From an uncultured delta proteobacterium (GTDB lineage: Bacteria; Desulfobacterota; Binatia; JACPRU01): a stretch of DNA of 64,000 bases. A program made the translations under genes and the position numbers. This document shows, one piece after another, positions 9,754 through 20,170 of the stretch; within the stretch, counting starts at the first letter, position 1; each line of letters opens with the position of its first letter. The notes beneath the pieces were generated by a model. That model worked only from the letters and a program-made list of their open reading frames with translations. It was not told the DNA's origin and did not search any database. Where the stretch lies: contig CAVUWD010000005.1 of the NCBI GenBank assembly GCA_963745025.1, positions 183,860 through 247,859 on the forward strand. Reading direction: 5' to 3'.

Positions 9754-10877
9754 GCGCGGCGCGACCCGTGCGCGCCACCGTGACGTCTGCCGACGCCCGT
9801 TACATGGCCGAGGCACTGCGCCTCGCGCGTCGCGGGCTCGGCCGCACGAGCCCCAATCCCGCGGTCGGCGCGGTCGTGGTGAGGGGGGGTACGATCGTCG
9901 GACGCGGCTTTCACCGCCAGGCGGGTGGACCGCACGCCGAGGTATTCGCGCTTCGCGAGGCCGGCCGGCGCTCCCGCGGCGCCACGCTCTACGTCACCCT
10001 CGAGCCCTGTTTCCACTTCGGTCGCACCCCGCCCTGCGTGGACGCGGTACTGGAATCCGCGGTGGCCCGCGTCGTGGTCGGCACGCTTGACCCGAATCCG
10101 CGGGTGCGCGGGCGCGGGATTCGGCGCCTGCGCCGCTCCGGCCTCGCCGTCGACATTGGCATTCGCGAGGCGGAGTGCCGCGCACTGAACGTCGACTTCG
10201 AGAAATACGTGGCGACGGGCCTTCCCTTCGTGGTGCTGAAGCTCGCGGCGACGCTCGACGGCCGGATCGCCACCGCCAGCGGCGATTCGCGCTGGGTGAC
10301 GGGTGAGGCCTCGCGGCGGAGGGTCCATGAGATGCGCAACCGTTGGGATGCCGTCATCGTTGGATCCGAGACCGTGCTGCTGGATGATCCGGAGCTGACC
10401 TGCCGGATCCGTGGCGGCCGGCATCCGTTGCGGGTCATTCTCGACGGGCGGCTGCGCAGCCCCGAGTCGGCCCGCGCGTTCGCCCACGATCCGGAACGCA
10501 CCCGGGTTTATACGCTCGCCGAGGACGGCGCCAAGGCCGGGCGGCTCCGGCGGCGAGGCGTCGCCGTGCATCGGGGGGCGGGAGACCGCGTAGGATCGCT
10601 CCGCCGCGTGCTCCGCGACTTAGCGAAATCGGGCATCAAGAGCGTCTTGATCGAGGGCGGAGGGGTGCTGGCGGCGCATGCGCTGCGGGGAGGTCTCGTC
10701 GATCGCGTCGCTCTCTTCTTCGCGCCGAAGCTGCTCGGCGGAGATGGCCGGCCCATGGTTGCGGCGATGGGTCTCGGCCGCATGAACGAGGCAATTCCGG
10801 TCGTTGACGCGACGCTCGAGCGGCTCGGGGAAGACCTCTTGATCGAAGGGCAGCCGGCCTTCCGAAAGAGCCGATGA
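9750..10877 (+). CDS. ribD: Bifunctional riboflavin deaminase/reductase
   Basis: SPNPAVG, HAE, TLEPC...[12 protein letters not shown] and IEGGG motifs; GTG start overlaps the nrdR stop. Confidence 0.95.
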   Translation: MSAARPVRATVTSADARYMAEALRLARRGLGRTSPNPAVGAVVVRGGTIVGRGFHRQAGGPHAEVFALREAGRRSRGATLYVTLEPCFHFGRTPPCVDAVLESAVARVVVGTLDPNPRVRGRGIRRLRRSGLAVDIGIREAECRALNVDFEKYVATGLPFVVLKLAATLDGRIATASGDSRWVTGEASRRRVHEMRNRWDAVIVGSETVLLDDPELTCRIRGGRHPLRVILDGRLRSPESARAFAHDPERTRVYTLAEDGAKAGRLRRRGVAVHRGAGDRVGSLRRVLRDLAKSGIKSVLIEGGGVLAAHALRGGLVDRVALFFAPKLLGGDGRPMVAAMGLGRMNEAIPVVDATLERLGEDLLIEGQPAFRKSR

Positions 10878-10960
10878 AACGCTAGGATTGCCTTTGGCCG
10901 ACGACGATCGGGAATGGGCTTTGGCATCCCCAACGAGCCTTTGCCGAAAGCCGAAAGCCG
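10851..10960. repeat. Degenerate GAAAGCC/GGCTTT variant of the heptamer element
   Basis: GGCTTTGGC...CCTTTGCC-GAAAGCC-GAAAGCC-G between ribD and ribBA. Confidence 0.5.
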
Positions 10961-10967
10961 AGCGCAG

Positions 10968-12161
10968 ATGGATTTCACCCAGGTCCTCGAGGGAATTCGC
11001 GGAGGCGAGATGGTCGTGGTCGTGGACGACCGCGACGGCAGCGGTGAGCTTTGCCTCGCAGCCTCCCGTGTGACCCCGGAGGCGATCAATTTCATGGCGA
11101 CCCATGCGCGCGGCCTGGTGTGCTTGGTGCTCACCGAGGAGAAGCTCCGCGCGCTCGGCATTCCGCTCGTGGGGGGCGAGGGCAGCGCGCGACGGACCTT
11201 CGGGGTGTCCATCGAGGCCCGGCGCGGGGTTTCGACCGGGATCTCGGCGGCGGACCGTGCGACTACCATCCGCGCCGCGGTCGCCGAAGGCGCAAGCGCC
11301 GATGATCTGGTCATGCCAGGACACGTGCTTCCGGTACAAGTGCGGCGTGGTGGGGTACTCTCGCGCCCGCAGATTCCCGAGGCGGCCGTCGACCTCGTGC
11401 GTCTGGCGGGCATGCCTCCCATGGCAGTCACGTGCGCGATTCTTCGCGACGACGGTGCGATCGCGCACGCGGCGGACCTCGAGGCGTTCGCCGAGCGGTA
11501 CGATCTGTCGCGCGTCGGCATCGAATCGCTGGTGCGCTATCGTCTGCGATTCGAGACCCTCGTCACTCGCGTCGCCTGCTCGTGGATCCAGACTCCAGTC
11601 GGCGAGTTCGAGGCGATCGCCTACCGCAGTGAGGTGGACCCATACGAGCACGTGGCCCTGGTGCGGGGCGACGTCGCCGGAGACGACCCCGTCATCGTGC
11701 GCATCCATTCGCAATGCCTGACCGGCGACGTCTTCGGATCGCTGCGCTGCGACTGCGGCGATCAGCTGCAGCAGGCGTTCGTCCAGATCGCCCGTGAGGA
11801 TCGAGGGGTTCTCGTCTACATGCGCCAGGAGGGACGAGGCATCGGGCTCGGCAACAAGATCCGTGCCTACGCGCTCCAGGACAAGGGCCGCGACACCGTG
11901 CAGGCGAATCTCGATCTCGGCTTCAAGGAGGATCTGCGCGACTACGGCATCGCCGCGCAGATCCTCCGCGAGCTCGGCGTCTCCACGGTGCGCTTGCTCA
12001 CCAACAACCCGCGGAAGATCGCCGGGCTGCAGCGCTATGGGGTCAACGTGATCGAGCGGATCGCGCTCGAATCGACGCCGCACGACGACAACATCGAGTA
12101 TCTGCGCACCAAGCGGGAGAAGCTCGGTCACTTCTTCAACACGCTGCCGCTGATTACGTAG
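10968..12161 (+). CDS. ribBA: RibBA fusion: intact GTP cyclohydrolase II with a degenerate DHBP-synthase domain
   Basis: C-terminal half has RIHSQCLTGD..RCDC, QEGRGIGL and LLTNNPRK; N-terminal half is RibB-like but lacks RENEGD, GHTE and CE. Confidence 0.9.
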   Translation: MDFTQVLEGIRGGEMVVVVDDRDGSGELCLAASRVTPEAINFMATHARGLVCLVLTEEKLRALGIPLVGGEGSARRTFGVSIEARRGVSTGISAADRATTIRAAVAEGASADDLVMPGHVLPVQVRRGGVLSRPQIPEAAVDLVRLAGMPPMAVTCAILRDDGAIAHAADLEAFAERYDLSRVGIESLVRYRLRFETLVTRVACSWIQTPVGEFEAIAYRSEVDPYEHVALVRGDVAGDDPVIVRIHSQCLTGDVFGSLRCDCGDQLQQAFVQIAREDRGVLVYMRQEGRGIGLGNKIRAYALQDKGRDTVQANLDLGFKEDLRDYGIAAQILRELGVSTVRLLTNNPRKIAGLQRYGVNVIERIALESTPHDDNIEYLRTKREKLGHFFNTLPLIT

Positions 12162-12172
12162 GCGGGACGGTC

Positions 12173-12652
12173 ATGCCCCGTGAGATCAACGGCTCGCTCG
12201 ACGGCACCGGGCTTCGGATCGGCGTCGTCGTGGCCCGCTTCAACGCGTACATCACCGAGCGCCTGCTCGCGGGCGCGCTGCGGGCGCTCACCGACGCCGG
12301 GGTCATCGACGAAGACGTGACGATCGTTCGCGTGCCCGGAGCCTTCGAGGTGCCGCTCGCGGCTCGCGAGCTCGCCGCCAGCGGGGAGGCCGACGCAGTC
12401 GTGTGTCTGGCCGCGGTGATCCGCGGCGAGACGCCTCACTTCGAGTTCGTCGCGCAGTCGGCCGCCGACGGTGTCGGCACGACGATGCTGGATCTCGGTG
12501 TGCCGATTGCGTTCGGCGTGTTGACGACGAACACTGTGGAGCAGGCGGTGGAACGCTCCAACGAGGGCCAGGGAAACAAAGGAGCCGAAGCCGTACAGAC
12601 GGCGATCGAGATGGTCCGCGTGCAGCGTGCGATCCGGCGAGGGCGGCACTGA
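12173..12652 (+). CDS. ribH: 6,7-dimethyl-8-ribityllumazine synthase
   Basis: ARFN, VPGAFEVP, VIRGETPHF, FGVLTT and NKGAEA motifs. Confidence 0.96.
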   Translation: MPREINGSLDGTGLRIGVVVARFNAYITERLLAGALRALTDAGVIDEDVTIVRVPGAFEVPLAARELAASGEADAVVCLAAVIRGETPHFEFVAQSAADGVGTTMLDLGVPIAFGVLTTNTVEQAVERSNEGQGNKGAEAVQTAIEMVRVQRAIRRGRH

Positions 12653-13098
12653 TGGGAGCCCGGCGACAGGGTCGCGAGATCGCGCTGCAGGCGCTCTACC
12701 GAATCGAGCTCACGGGCGACGCCTCGCCCGAGGCGCTCGAGCGGCTCTGGCAGCACTTCGAAGCGCCGATCGAAGCCCGCGGGTTCGCGCTCGAGCTCAT
12801 CGACGGCGTGCTCGCCGAGCGCGAGGCGATCGACCGAATGCTCGCCGACGCGGCGGAGCATTGGCGCCTCGAACGGCTCTCTCGCGTCGACCTGAACGTG
12901 CTGCGCATTGCCGCCTACGAGCTCCTCCAGCACGACGAACACGTTTTCACGAGCGTGGTGATCGACGAGGCGATCGAGATTGCGCGCCGCTTCGGAGGCG
13001 AGGAATCGTCGCGGTTCGTGAACGGCATCCTCGACGAGATCGCCGGCCGGCTCGGCGTGCGCGAGCGCCGTGACCCGTCGCCCGCCGTCAAGGAATGA
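12652..13098 (+). CDS. nusB: Transcription antitermination factor NusB
   Basis: RRQGREIALQALY, WRLERL, DEAIEIARRF and FVNGILD motifs. Confidence 0.95.
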   Translation: MGARRQGREIALQALYRIELTGDASPEALERLWQHFEAPIEARGFALELIDGVLAEREAIDRMLADAAEHWRLERLSRVDLNVLRIAAYELLQHDEHVFTSVVIDEAIEIARRFGGEESSRFVNGILDEIAGRLGVRERRDPSPAVKE

Positions 13099-13157
13099 CC
13101 GCGCGGTTCGCCCTCGCAGACGACCCTGCAGCAGGCGCGACATAGCGAGACCCGTTC

Positions 13158-15683
13158 ATGCCCTACGACCACAAGACCGCCGAGCCCAAGTGGCAGTCCC
13201 GCTGGGAGGCGGAGCACGCCTTCGCGACCGACACCGACGCGTCGAAGCCGAAGATCTACCTTCTCGACATGTTCCCCTATCCGTCGGGTGCGGGGCTTCA
13301 CGTCGGCCATTGCGAAGGCTACACGGCCACCGACGTCCTCGCTCGCTACAAGCGGGCGAAGGGCTTCCGCGTGCTCCACCCGATGGGCTGGGATGCCTTT
13401 GGTCTTCCGGCGGAGCTCTACGCGGTGCGCACCGGCATCCACCCAGCGAAGACCACCGCGGCGGCGATTGCAACCTTCAAGCGGCAGATCCGCTCGCTCG
13501 GCTTCTCCTACGACTGGTCGCGCGAGATCGATACGACCGATCCTCTGTACTATCGCTGGACGCAGTGGATTTTCCTGAAGCTCTTCGAGCGCGGCCTCGC
13601 ATACCAGGACGTGGTGCCGATCAACTGGTGCCCGAATGACCGCACCGGCCTCGCCAACGAGGAGGTGAAGCAGGGGCGCTGCGAGCGCTGTGGCACGCTC
13701 GTCGAGAAGCGAAATCTCCGCCAGTGGATGCTGCGCATCACGGCGTACGCCGACCGCTTGCTCGCCGACCTCGAGGGATTGGATTGGCCCGAGGGCACGC
13801 TCACCATGCAGCGCGAATGGATCGGTCGGAGCGAGGGCGCCGACATCACTTTTCTCGTGGCCGAGGGCTCGCCCGGGGCCGGCGAGCCGATCGTCGTGTT
13901 CACCACGCGCCCCGACACGCTTTACGGCGCGACCTACGTGGTCCTCGCCCCAGAACATCCGCTTGTCGGGAAGGTCACGACGGAGGCGCAGCGCACGGCC
14001 GTCGCCGCATACGTGGAGGCGGCCCGGGACAAGAGCGAGCGCGAGCGGGTCGAGCAGGTGAAGACCAAGACGGGCGTTGCGACCGGGGCGTTCGCCATCA
14101 ATCCCGTGAACGGCGAGCGGGTGCCGATCTGGATCGCCGATTATGTGCTGTGGGGCTACGGCACCGGCGCGATCATGGCCGTGCCGGCGCACGACCAGCG
14201 CGACTTCGAGTTCGCCCAGGCCTTCCGCCTGCCGATCGTGCAGGTGATCGCGCCGAGGGACGGCTCGCCCGTTTCCGAGGATCGCGCCTTCCTCGACGCC
14301 GGCCCTGGCGTCGTGATGGTGAGCTCCGGACCACACACCGGCCTCGATTCAGACGCCGGTAAGAAGGCGGTCATCGAATCGCTGGCGACCAAAGCGCTCG
14401 CGCGCCCGAAGGTCGGTTACAAGCTCCGCGACTGGATCTTCTCGCGCCAGCGCTACTGGGGCGAGCCCATCCCGATCGTGCACTGCGAGCGCTGCGGGGT
14501 CGTTCCGGTGCCGGAGAAGGAGCTCCCGGTTTTGCTGCCGGCCGTCGAGCGCTTCGAGCCTTCGGGCACCGGGGAGAGCCCGCTCGCCACGATCGAGGAG
14601 TGGATCCGCACGCGCGTGCCCGAAGTGCGATGGCGAGGCTCGAGCGCGAGACCAACACGATGCCCCAGTGGGCGGGCTCGTGCTGGTACTACCTGCGCTT
14701 CCTGGACCCGAGGAATGACCAGCGCCGCGTGGGATCCGAGGATCGAGCGGCAGTGGATGCCGGTCGACCTCTACGTCGGCGGCGCCGAGCACGCGGTGCT
14801 GCATCTGCTCTACGCGCGTTTCTGGCACAAGGTGCTCTTCGATCGCGGGCCACGTGTCGACGAAGGAGCCGTTCGCGAAGCTGCGCCACCAGGGGATGGT
14901 GCTCGCCTACGCGTATCGCGACGCGCCAGGACCGCTGGCAGGGCTACGAGGAGATCGAGTTTCGCGGCGCCGAGGTGCACTTGAAGGCCACCGGCGAGAA
15001 GCTCGTCGCGTCGGTCGAGAAGATGTCGAAGTCGCGGCTGAACGTGCATCAATCCCGACGACGTGGTCGCCGAGCACGGCGCCGACGTGCTGCGTCTCTA
15101 CGAGATGTTCATGGGCGACTTCGAGCAGCCGAAGCCCTGGGACACGCGCGCGATCATCGGGCTCGTGCGCTTCGTGCACAACGTGTGGCGCCTGGTCGAA
15201 GAGCCGAAGTGTGTCCCGGGCGACCCGCATCTTCGTCTGCGCCACAAGACCATTCGCGCCGTGGGCGAGCGCATCGAGGCGCTCAAGTTCAACACCGCGA
15301 TCGCGGCGCTGATGGAGTACGTCGGCGAGCTCCAATCGAAGGGGGCGAGCCGCGCCGATCGAGAGACACTGCTCCGTCTCGCGGCGCCGTTCGCGCCTCA
15401 CGTGGCCGAGGAGGGTTGGCATCATCTCGGGCATGCCACGCTCCTCTGCAAGGAGCCCTGGCCGGACTACGACCCGGCACTGACGATCGACGCGACCGTG
15501 ACGATCGCGGTTCAGGTCTCGGGCAAGATGCGCGGCACCGTCGAGACCGAGCGCGGCGCCGACGAAGCGACGGTACGGGCCGCAGCCGAGAAGCTCGCCA
15601 CCGTGACGCGCGCCCTCGCGGGGAGGCGGATCGTGAAGACCATCTTCGTCCCCGCCAAGCTATTGAACCTCGTAGTCGATTGA
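13158..15683 (+). CDS. leuS: Leucine--tRNA ligase; about six apparent +1 frameshifts at 14600-15050 (probable sequence errors)
   Basis: [57 protein letters not shown] and KMSKS are spread over successive frames. Confidence 0.93.
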
Positions 15684-15702
15684 TGGAGAGTAGGGCGCGA
15701 CG

Positions 15703-16305
15703 ATGAAGCGAGAATCGACGCGAACGAGAGGCCTTTTCGCCGTGGCTCTGGCGTTCGGGTCGCTCGCGGGCTGCGGCTATCAATTCGCTGGCACCGGCAA
15801 CCGGCTGCCGCCGGAGATCCGCGCGATCAGCCTCGGGCCGATCCAGAATGCGACGCGCGAGGTCGGCATCGAGAAGCTGCTGATCGAATCTCTCGAGGAC
15901 GAGGTGGCCAGCCACGGCCGGCTGAAGGTCGTGCCGATCGGGGAGGGCGATGCGCAGCTGACCGGCGTGGTCCGCTACTATGTTTCGCGGCCCGTCGGCT
16001 ACAACTCCAATGACGAGGCGACGCTATATCAAGCCAGTGTCGCGGTGGACCTGGCTCTCCGCCGGCGGGACAATGGAAAGCTGCTCTGGAAGACGGTTGG
16101 CCAGCGCGGGACGCAGGAGTACAGCGCCGTGCCCGGCACGGTTGTCACCAGCTCGTCGCAGTTCCAGCGGAGCGCCGTGAACGTCAAGTCGATCCCTCAG
16201 TTCACCGACATCCAGCTGTCCGAGAGCACGCGGCGCGAGGCCAACGAGCGGCTGATCGAGCAACTCTCGCGCGACCTCTACAATGTGATGATGGAGGACT
16301 TTTAG
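15703..16305 (+). CDS. lptE: LptE-family lipoprotein
   Basis: Lipobox LAGC followed by GY; canonical leuS-lptE-holA order. Confidence 0.8.
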   Translation: MKRESTRTRGLFAVALAFGSLAGCGYQFAGTGNRLPPEIRAISLGPIQNATREVGIEKLLIESLEDEVASHGRLKVVPIGEGDAQLTGVVRYYVSRPVGYNSNDEATLYQASVAVDLALRRRDNGKLLWKTVGQRGTQEYSAVPGTVVTSSSQFQRSAVNVKSIPQFTDIQLSESTRREANERLIEQLSRDLYNVMMEDF

Positions 16306-16308
16306 CGC

Positions 16309-16372
16309 TCGGCGTCCGGCTTTCGGCAAAGACGCATTGAGCCTCTGCCGAGAGCCAAAGACCGACAGCCGA
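16309..16372. repeat. Degenerate heptamer palindromic element (variant)
   Basis: TCGGCGTC-CGGCTTT-CGGCAAAGA ... CTCTGCCG-AGAGCC...ACAGCCGA. Confidence 0.55.
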
Positions 16373-16416
16373 TCGCCTCGTTCACCGAGCGCGCGCGCCC
16401 TGATACACTTCGCCGC

Positions 16417-17421
16417 GTGGACTCCCAGGTGTTCCGCGCGGCGCTCCGCCAGAAGAAGATCCTTCCCGCCTATCTCTTCACGGGAGCCCAGGACCTGCTG
16501 AAAGCAGAAGCGCTCGAGGAGCTCCGCCGTGCGGCGGGTGGCGAGCGTGCAACGGTCCGGAGCTTCTTCGGCGGCGAGAGCGAGGCGGCGAGGAAGATCC
16601 TCGAGGCGAAGCAGAATCTTTCGCTCCTCGATCCGGTGGCGGCGATCGTCGTGCGGCAGGCGGCGAAGCTTCCCCGTGCCGAAGCCGAGGCGCTCGCCGC
16701 GAGCCTCTCCCCCGACGGGCCGCCGGTCGTCTTTTGGGACCAGAGCCTCGACAAGCGACAAAAGCTCTACGCGGAGATCGCGCGCGCGGGAGGGGAAGTG
16801 GAGTTCGAGGCGCCCCGGGGGGAAGCGCTCGCCGCCTGGGTGCGACGCGAGAGCGAGCGCCTCGGCCATCGGCTCGATCCCGCAGTCGCCGGCGAGCTCA
16901 TCGAGCTCGTTGGCGACGATCTGTTGCGCCTGCGCTCGACGCTCGAGCGGCTCTCGCTCGCAGTCGGCAAGGGCGCGGCGATCGACGAGGAGAGCGTGAC
17001 GGAGCACGTGGCGTCGTCGCGAATGCACGCGATCTACGAGCTGCAGGATGCCCTGTCCGCCAAGCATGGGACGAAGGCGGTCGGCCTCTTCCGCCAGCTC
17101 GTCGACGAGGGAAGCGAGACGCCGGCGCTCGTCGGGGCGCTGGTCGCGCAGATTCGGCGGCTGCTGCTCGCCCGCGAGGCGTCGAGCTCGGCGAACCTCG
17201 CCGCACTCCTCGGCGTGGCGCCGCATCGTGTGAGGTACGTCGTCGAGCATTCACGGCGATTCTCCGCCGCCCGCCTTCGACGGGCGATCGAGGACCTCGC
17301 CGACCTCGACGTAGCGAGCAAGACCGGGCGCGGAGATGCGGTCGCCGCGCTCGAGGAATGGCTGATCGCGCTCTGCGCGCCCGAGCGCAAGCCGGCAAGC
17401 TCCCATGTGGGAAGACGTTGA
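16417..17421 (+). CDS. holA: DNA polymerase III subunit delta
   Basis: PAYLFTG, ELVGDDLLRLRSTLERL and DVASKTG motifs; synteny after lptE. Confidence 0.85.
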   Translation: MDSQVFRAALRQKKILPAYLFTGAQDLLKAEALEELRRAAGGERATVRSFFGGESEAARKILEAKQNLSLLDPVAAIVVRQAAKLPRAEAEALAASLSPDGPPVVFWDQSLDKRQKLYAEIARAGGEVEFEAPRGEALAAWVRRESERLGHRLDPAVAGELIELVGDDLLRLRSTLERLSLAVGKGAAIDEESVTEHVASSRMHAIYELQDALSAKHGTKAVGLFRQLVDEGSETPALVGALVAQIRRLLLAREASSSANLAALLGVAPHRVRYVVEHSRRFSAARLRRAIEDLADLDVASKTGRGDAVAALEEWLIALCAPERKPASSHVGRR

Positions 17422-18838
17422 ACGGTGCTTCCGGGAGAACGCTCCCGCGGTAGAACACTGCTCGCTTCGTCTGGTGGAAGAGCGAGAAGAGCACCTCTCG
17501 GTGCGCCGCGGCGTGTTGGAGACGGTTTCGAGTTCGCTCGACGTCGGGGCCATGGTCTCCGTGGTCGACGACGGCGGCATGGGTTATGCCGCGACCTCGG
17601 ACCTCACCGCCTCGGGCTTGCGGCATGCCGTCGATCGAGCCCTCGCCTGGGCACGAGAGACGCGCGGCCGCGGTCTCTTCGATCCAGCCAGGCTCATTCG
17701 GGCTCCGCGGGTCGGCGAGTATGCGAGCGTCGTGCGGATTCCCTGGGACTCCGTTTCCCTCGGCGACAAGATCGACCTCTTGCGCATGCAGAGCGAGCGA
17801 CTCAAGTGCGACCGCCGGATCGAGGACTGGGAGGCGGGTCTCTGGTTCACCGCGAAGGAGACTCTTCTCGTGAGCGCCGGCGGCGGTTGCCTCCGCCAGC
17901 GCTTCCAGCACCTCCTACCGACGCTCTCGGCGAGCGCGAACGAAGGCGCCGAGACCCAGACGCGCACGTTCGGCGGTCACGCCTATTGCCGCCAGGGCGG
18001 CTTCGAGGTGCTCGAAGAAACGGGATTCGGCGAGGCGCCCGCGCGGATCGCCGCCGAGGCGCTCGAGCTCCTGTACGCGCGGAACTGCCCGAGCGGCATG
18101 ATGGATCTTCTGCTCGCGCCGGACCAGATGATCCTCCAGATCCACGAATCGATCGGGCATCCGCTGGAGCTCGACCGCATTCTCGGCGACGAGCGGAACT
18201 ATGCCGGGCGAAGCTTCGTCACGCTCGACATGTTCGGCCACTATCGCTACGGCTCGGAGCTCCTGAACGTCACGTTCGATCCCACTCGGCGCGGGGAGTT
18301 GGCGAGCTACGCGTTCGACGACGAAGGCGATCCGGCGACGAGGGAAGAGATCATTCGCGAGGGCATTCTCCTCCGCCCGCTCGGCGGCCGGGTGTCGCAG
18401 GTGCGTTCTGGCATTCGGGGGGTTGCCAGCGCGCGGGCATCGAGCTGGAATCGGCCGCCGATCGACCGGATGGCGAATCTCAACCTCGAGGCCGGCCGGT
18501 CGACCCTCGACGAGATGATCGCCGGCATCGAGCGCGGCGTGTACATGAAGACGAATTGCTCGTGGTCGATCGACGACTCGCGCAACAAGTTCCAGTTCGG
18601 CTGCGAGTGGGCGCGGCTCATCGAGAACGGGCGCCTCACCGCGGTCGTCAAGAACCCCAACTACCGTGGCATCTCCGCGACGTTCTGGCGAGGCTTGAAG
18701 GCCGTCGGCGACGCCGACACCGTCGACGTGCTCGGCACACCCTATTGCGGCAAAGGGGAGCCGAATCAGGCGATCGCCGTGGGGCACGCCTCGCCCCCGT
18801 GCGTGTTTGCCGACGTCGACGTGTTCGGCGGCGCGTGA
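17405..18838 (+). CDS. tldD: TldD metalloprotease subunit
   Basis: HESIGHPLELDR (HExxxH), PIDRMANL, NKFQFGCE and CGKGEPNQ motifs. Confidence 0.9.
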   Translation: MWEDVERCFRENAPAVEHCSLRLVEEREEHLSVRRGVLETVSSSLDVGAMVSVVDDGGMGYAATSDLTASGLRHAVDRALAWARETRGRGLFDPARLIRAPRVGEYASVVRIPWDSVSLGDKIDLLRMQSERLKCDRRIEDWEAGLWFTAKETLLVSAGGGCLRQRFQHLLPTLSASANEGAETQTRTFGGHAYCRQGGFEVLEETGFGEAPARIAAEALELLYARNCPSGMMDLLLAPDQMILQIHESIGHPLELDRILGDERNYAGRSFVTLDMFGHYRYGSELLNVTFDPTRRGELASYAFDDEGDPATREEIIREGILLRPLGGRVSQVRSGIRGVASARASSWNRPPIDRMANLNLEAGRSTLDEMIAGIERGVYMKTNCSWSIDDSRNKFQFGCEWARLIENGRLTAVVKNPNYRGISATFWRGLKAVGDADTVDVLGTPYCGKGEPNQAIAVGHASPPCVFADVDVFGGA

Positions 18839-18842
18839 CGTG

Positions 18843-20165
18843 ATGGAAAGCTATTTCCACGACGTCGCCGCGATCGTCACGAGCCTGGTTCGAGGGCAAG
18901 AGATCCACCTCTCGAGCTTCTACGGCGAGGATTCGGACTTCGTGCGGATGAGTCAGGGACGGGTGCGGCAAGCGGGCGCGGTGGCGATGCGCTCGCTGAC
19001 GGTCGACCTCATCCGCGGCCGGCGGCATGCGTCAGGAAGCGTATCGCTCTCGGGTGACCTCAAGCTCGATCGCATGCGCATCGCTCGGCTCGTCGAGGAT
19101 CTCCGCGAGCGCTCGGCGGTGGTGCCCGAGGATCCGTTCCTCCTCTACGCCACCGAGCCGCGCTCGAGCGCGCGCCGCTCCGAGAACCGATTGCCGGGCG
19201 GCGGGGAGGCGCTCGAGGAGATTCAGTGCGCGGCGCGGGGCCGTGATCTCGTCGGAATCTACGCGGCCGGAGACATCTACTGCGGCTTTGCCAACACGCT
19301 CGGCCAGCGCAACTGGTACGCCAACTCGAGCTACAACCTCGACTGGAGCTTCGTGCGCTCCGCCGACCGGGCGGTGACCGCGAACTATGCCGGGTTCGAG
19401 TGGAAGCGGGAGGAGCTCCAGCGGAAGGTCGACGCTGCACTCGCGGAGCTCGAGCTGCTGTCGCGCCCGGCGCGCACGATCCCGCCGGGACGATATCGCG
19501 TCTACCTCGCTCCGGCTGCGCTCAGCGACTTTCTCGGCCTTCTCGGCTGGGGTGGATTCGGTCTGCGCGCGCACCGCAGCAAGACGACGCCGCTGCTGCG
19601 CATGATCGAGCAGGGCCAGCGCCTGCATCCGAGCGTGCGGCTCGTCGAGAACACGTGCGCGGGCCTCGCCCCCGATTTCCAGGAGGAGGGATTTCTGCGT
19701 CCCGACCAGGTGCCGCTGATCGAGGGTGGAGCGTACCGGGAGTGCCTCGCTTCGCCGCGCTCGGCGGCCGAGTATGGAGTGCCGACGAACGGCGCCTTCG
19801 CGGCGGAAATGCCGCAGTCTCTCGAGGTCGGCGCCGGCAGCGTCCCTCGCGCGGACGTGCTTCGGCAGCTCGGCAAGGGAATCTACATCGGCAACGTCTG
19901 GTATCTGAACTACTCGGACCGTGTCGCGTGTCGCACGACCGGTATGACTCGGTTCGCGACCTTCTGGGTCGAGAACGGGGCCTTGCAAGCTCCGCTCGAC
20001 GTCATGCGCTTCGACGAGACGATTTATCGGATGCTCGGCGAGAACCTCGTCGGATTGACGGCCGAGCGCGAGTGGATCCTCGATCCGAGCACGTACTCGC
20101 GGCGCTCGACCGCGACCACGTACGTGCCCGGGGCGCTGATCGAGGACTTCCGGTTGACGTTGTAA
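18843..20165 (+). CDS. TldE/PmbA-like partner subunit
   Basis: TldD/PmbA fold motifs (PGRYRVYLAP, WYLNYSD..TGMTRF) without HExxxH; directly follows tldD. Confidence 0.85.
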   Translation: MESYFHDVAAIVTSLVRGQEIHLSSFYGEDSDFVRMSQGRVRQAGAVAMRSLTVDLIRGRRHASGSVSLSGDLKLDRMRIARLVEDLRERSAVVPEDPFLLYATEPRSSARRSENRLPGGGEALEEIQCAARGRDLVGIYAAGDIYCGFANTLGQRNWYANSSYNLDWSFVRSADRAVTANYAGFEWKREELQRKVDAALAELELLSRPARTIPPGRYRVYLAPAALSDFLGLLGWGGFGLRAHRSKTTPLLRMIEQGQRLHPSVRLVENTCAGLAPDFQEEGFLRPDQVPLIEGGAYRECLASPRSAAEYGVPTNGAFAAEMPQSLEVGAGSVPRADVLRQLGKGIYIGNVWYLNYSDRVACRTTGMTRFATFWVENGALQAPLDVMRFDETIYRMLGENLVGLTAEREWILDPSTYSRRSTATTYVPGALIEDFRLTL

Positions 20166-20170
20166 CGTCG

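Noticed and set aside
13158-15683. leuS as a pseudogene or programmed frameshift
   Set aside because: It is an essential gene with all motifs intact. There are multiple +1 insertions without slippery sites, and the same pattern occurs in secA.
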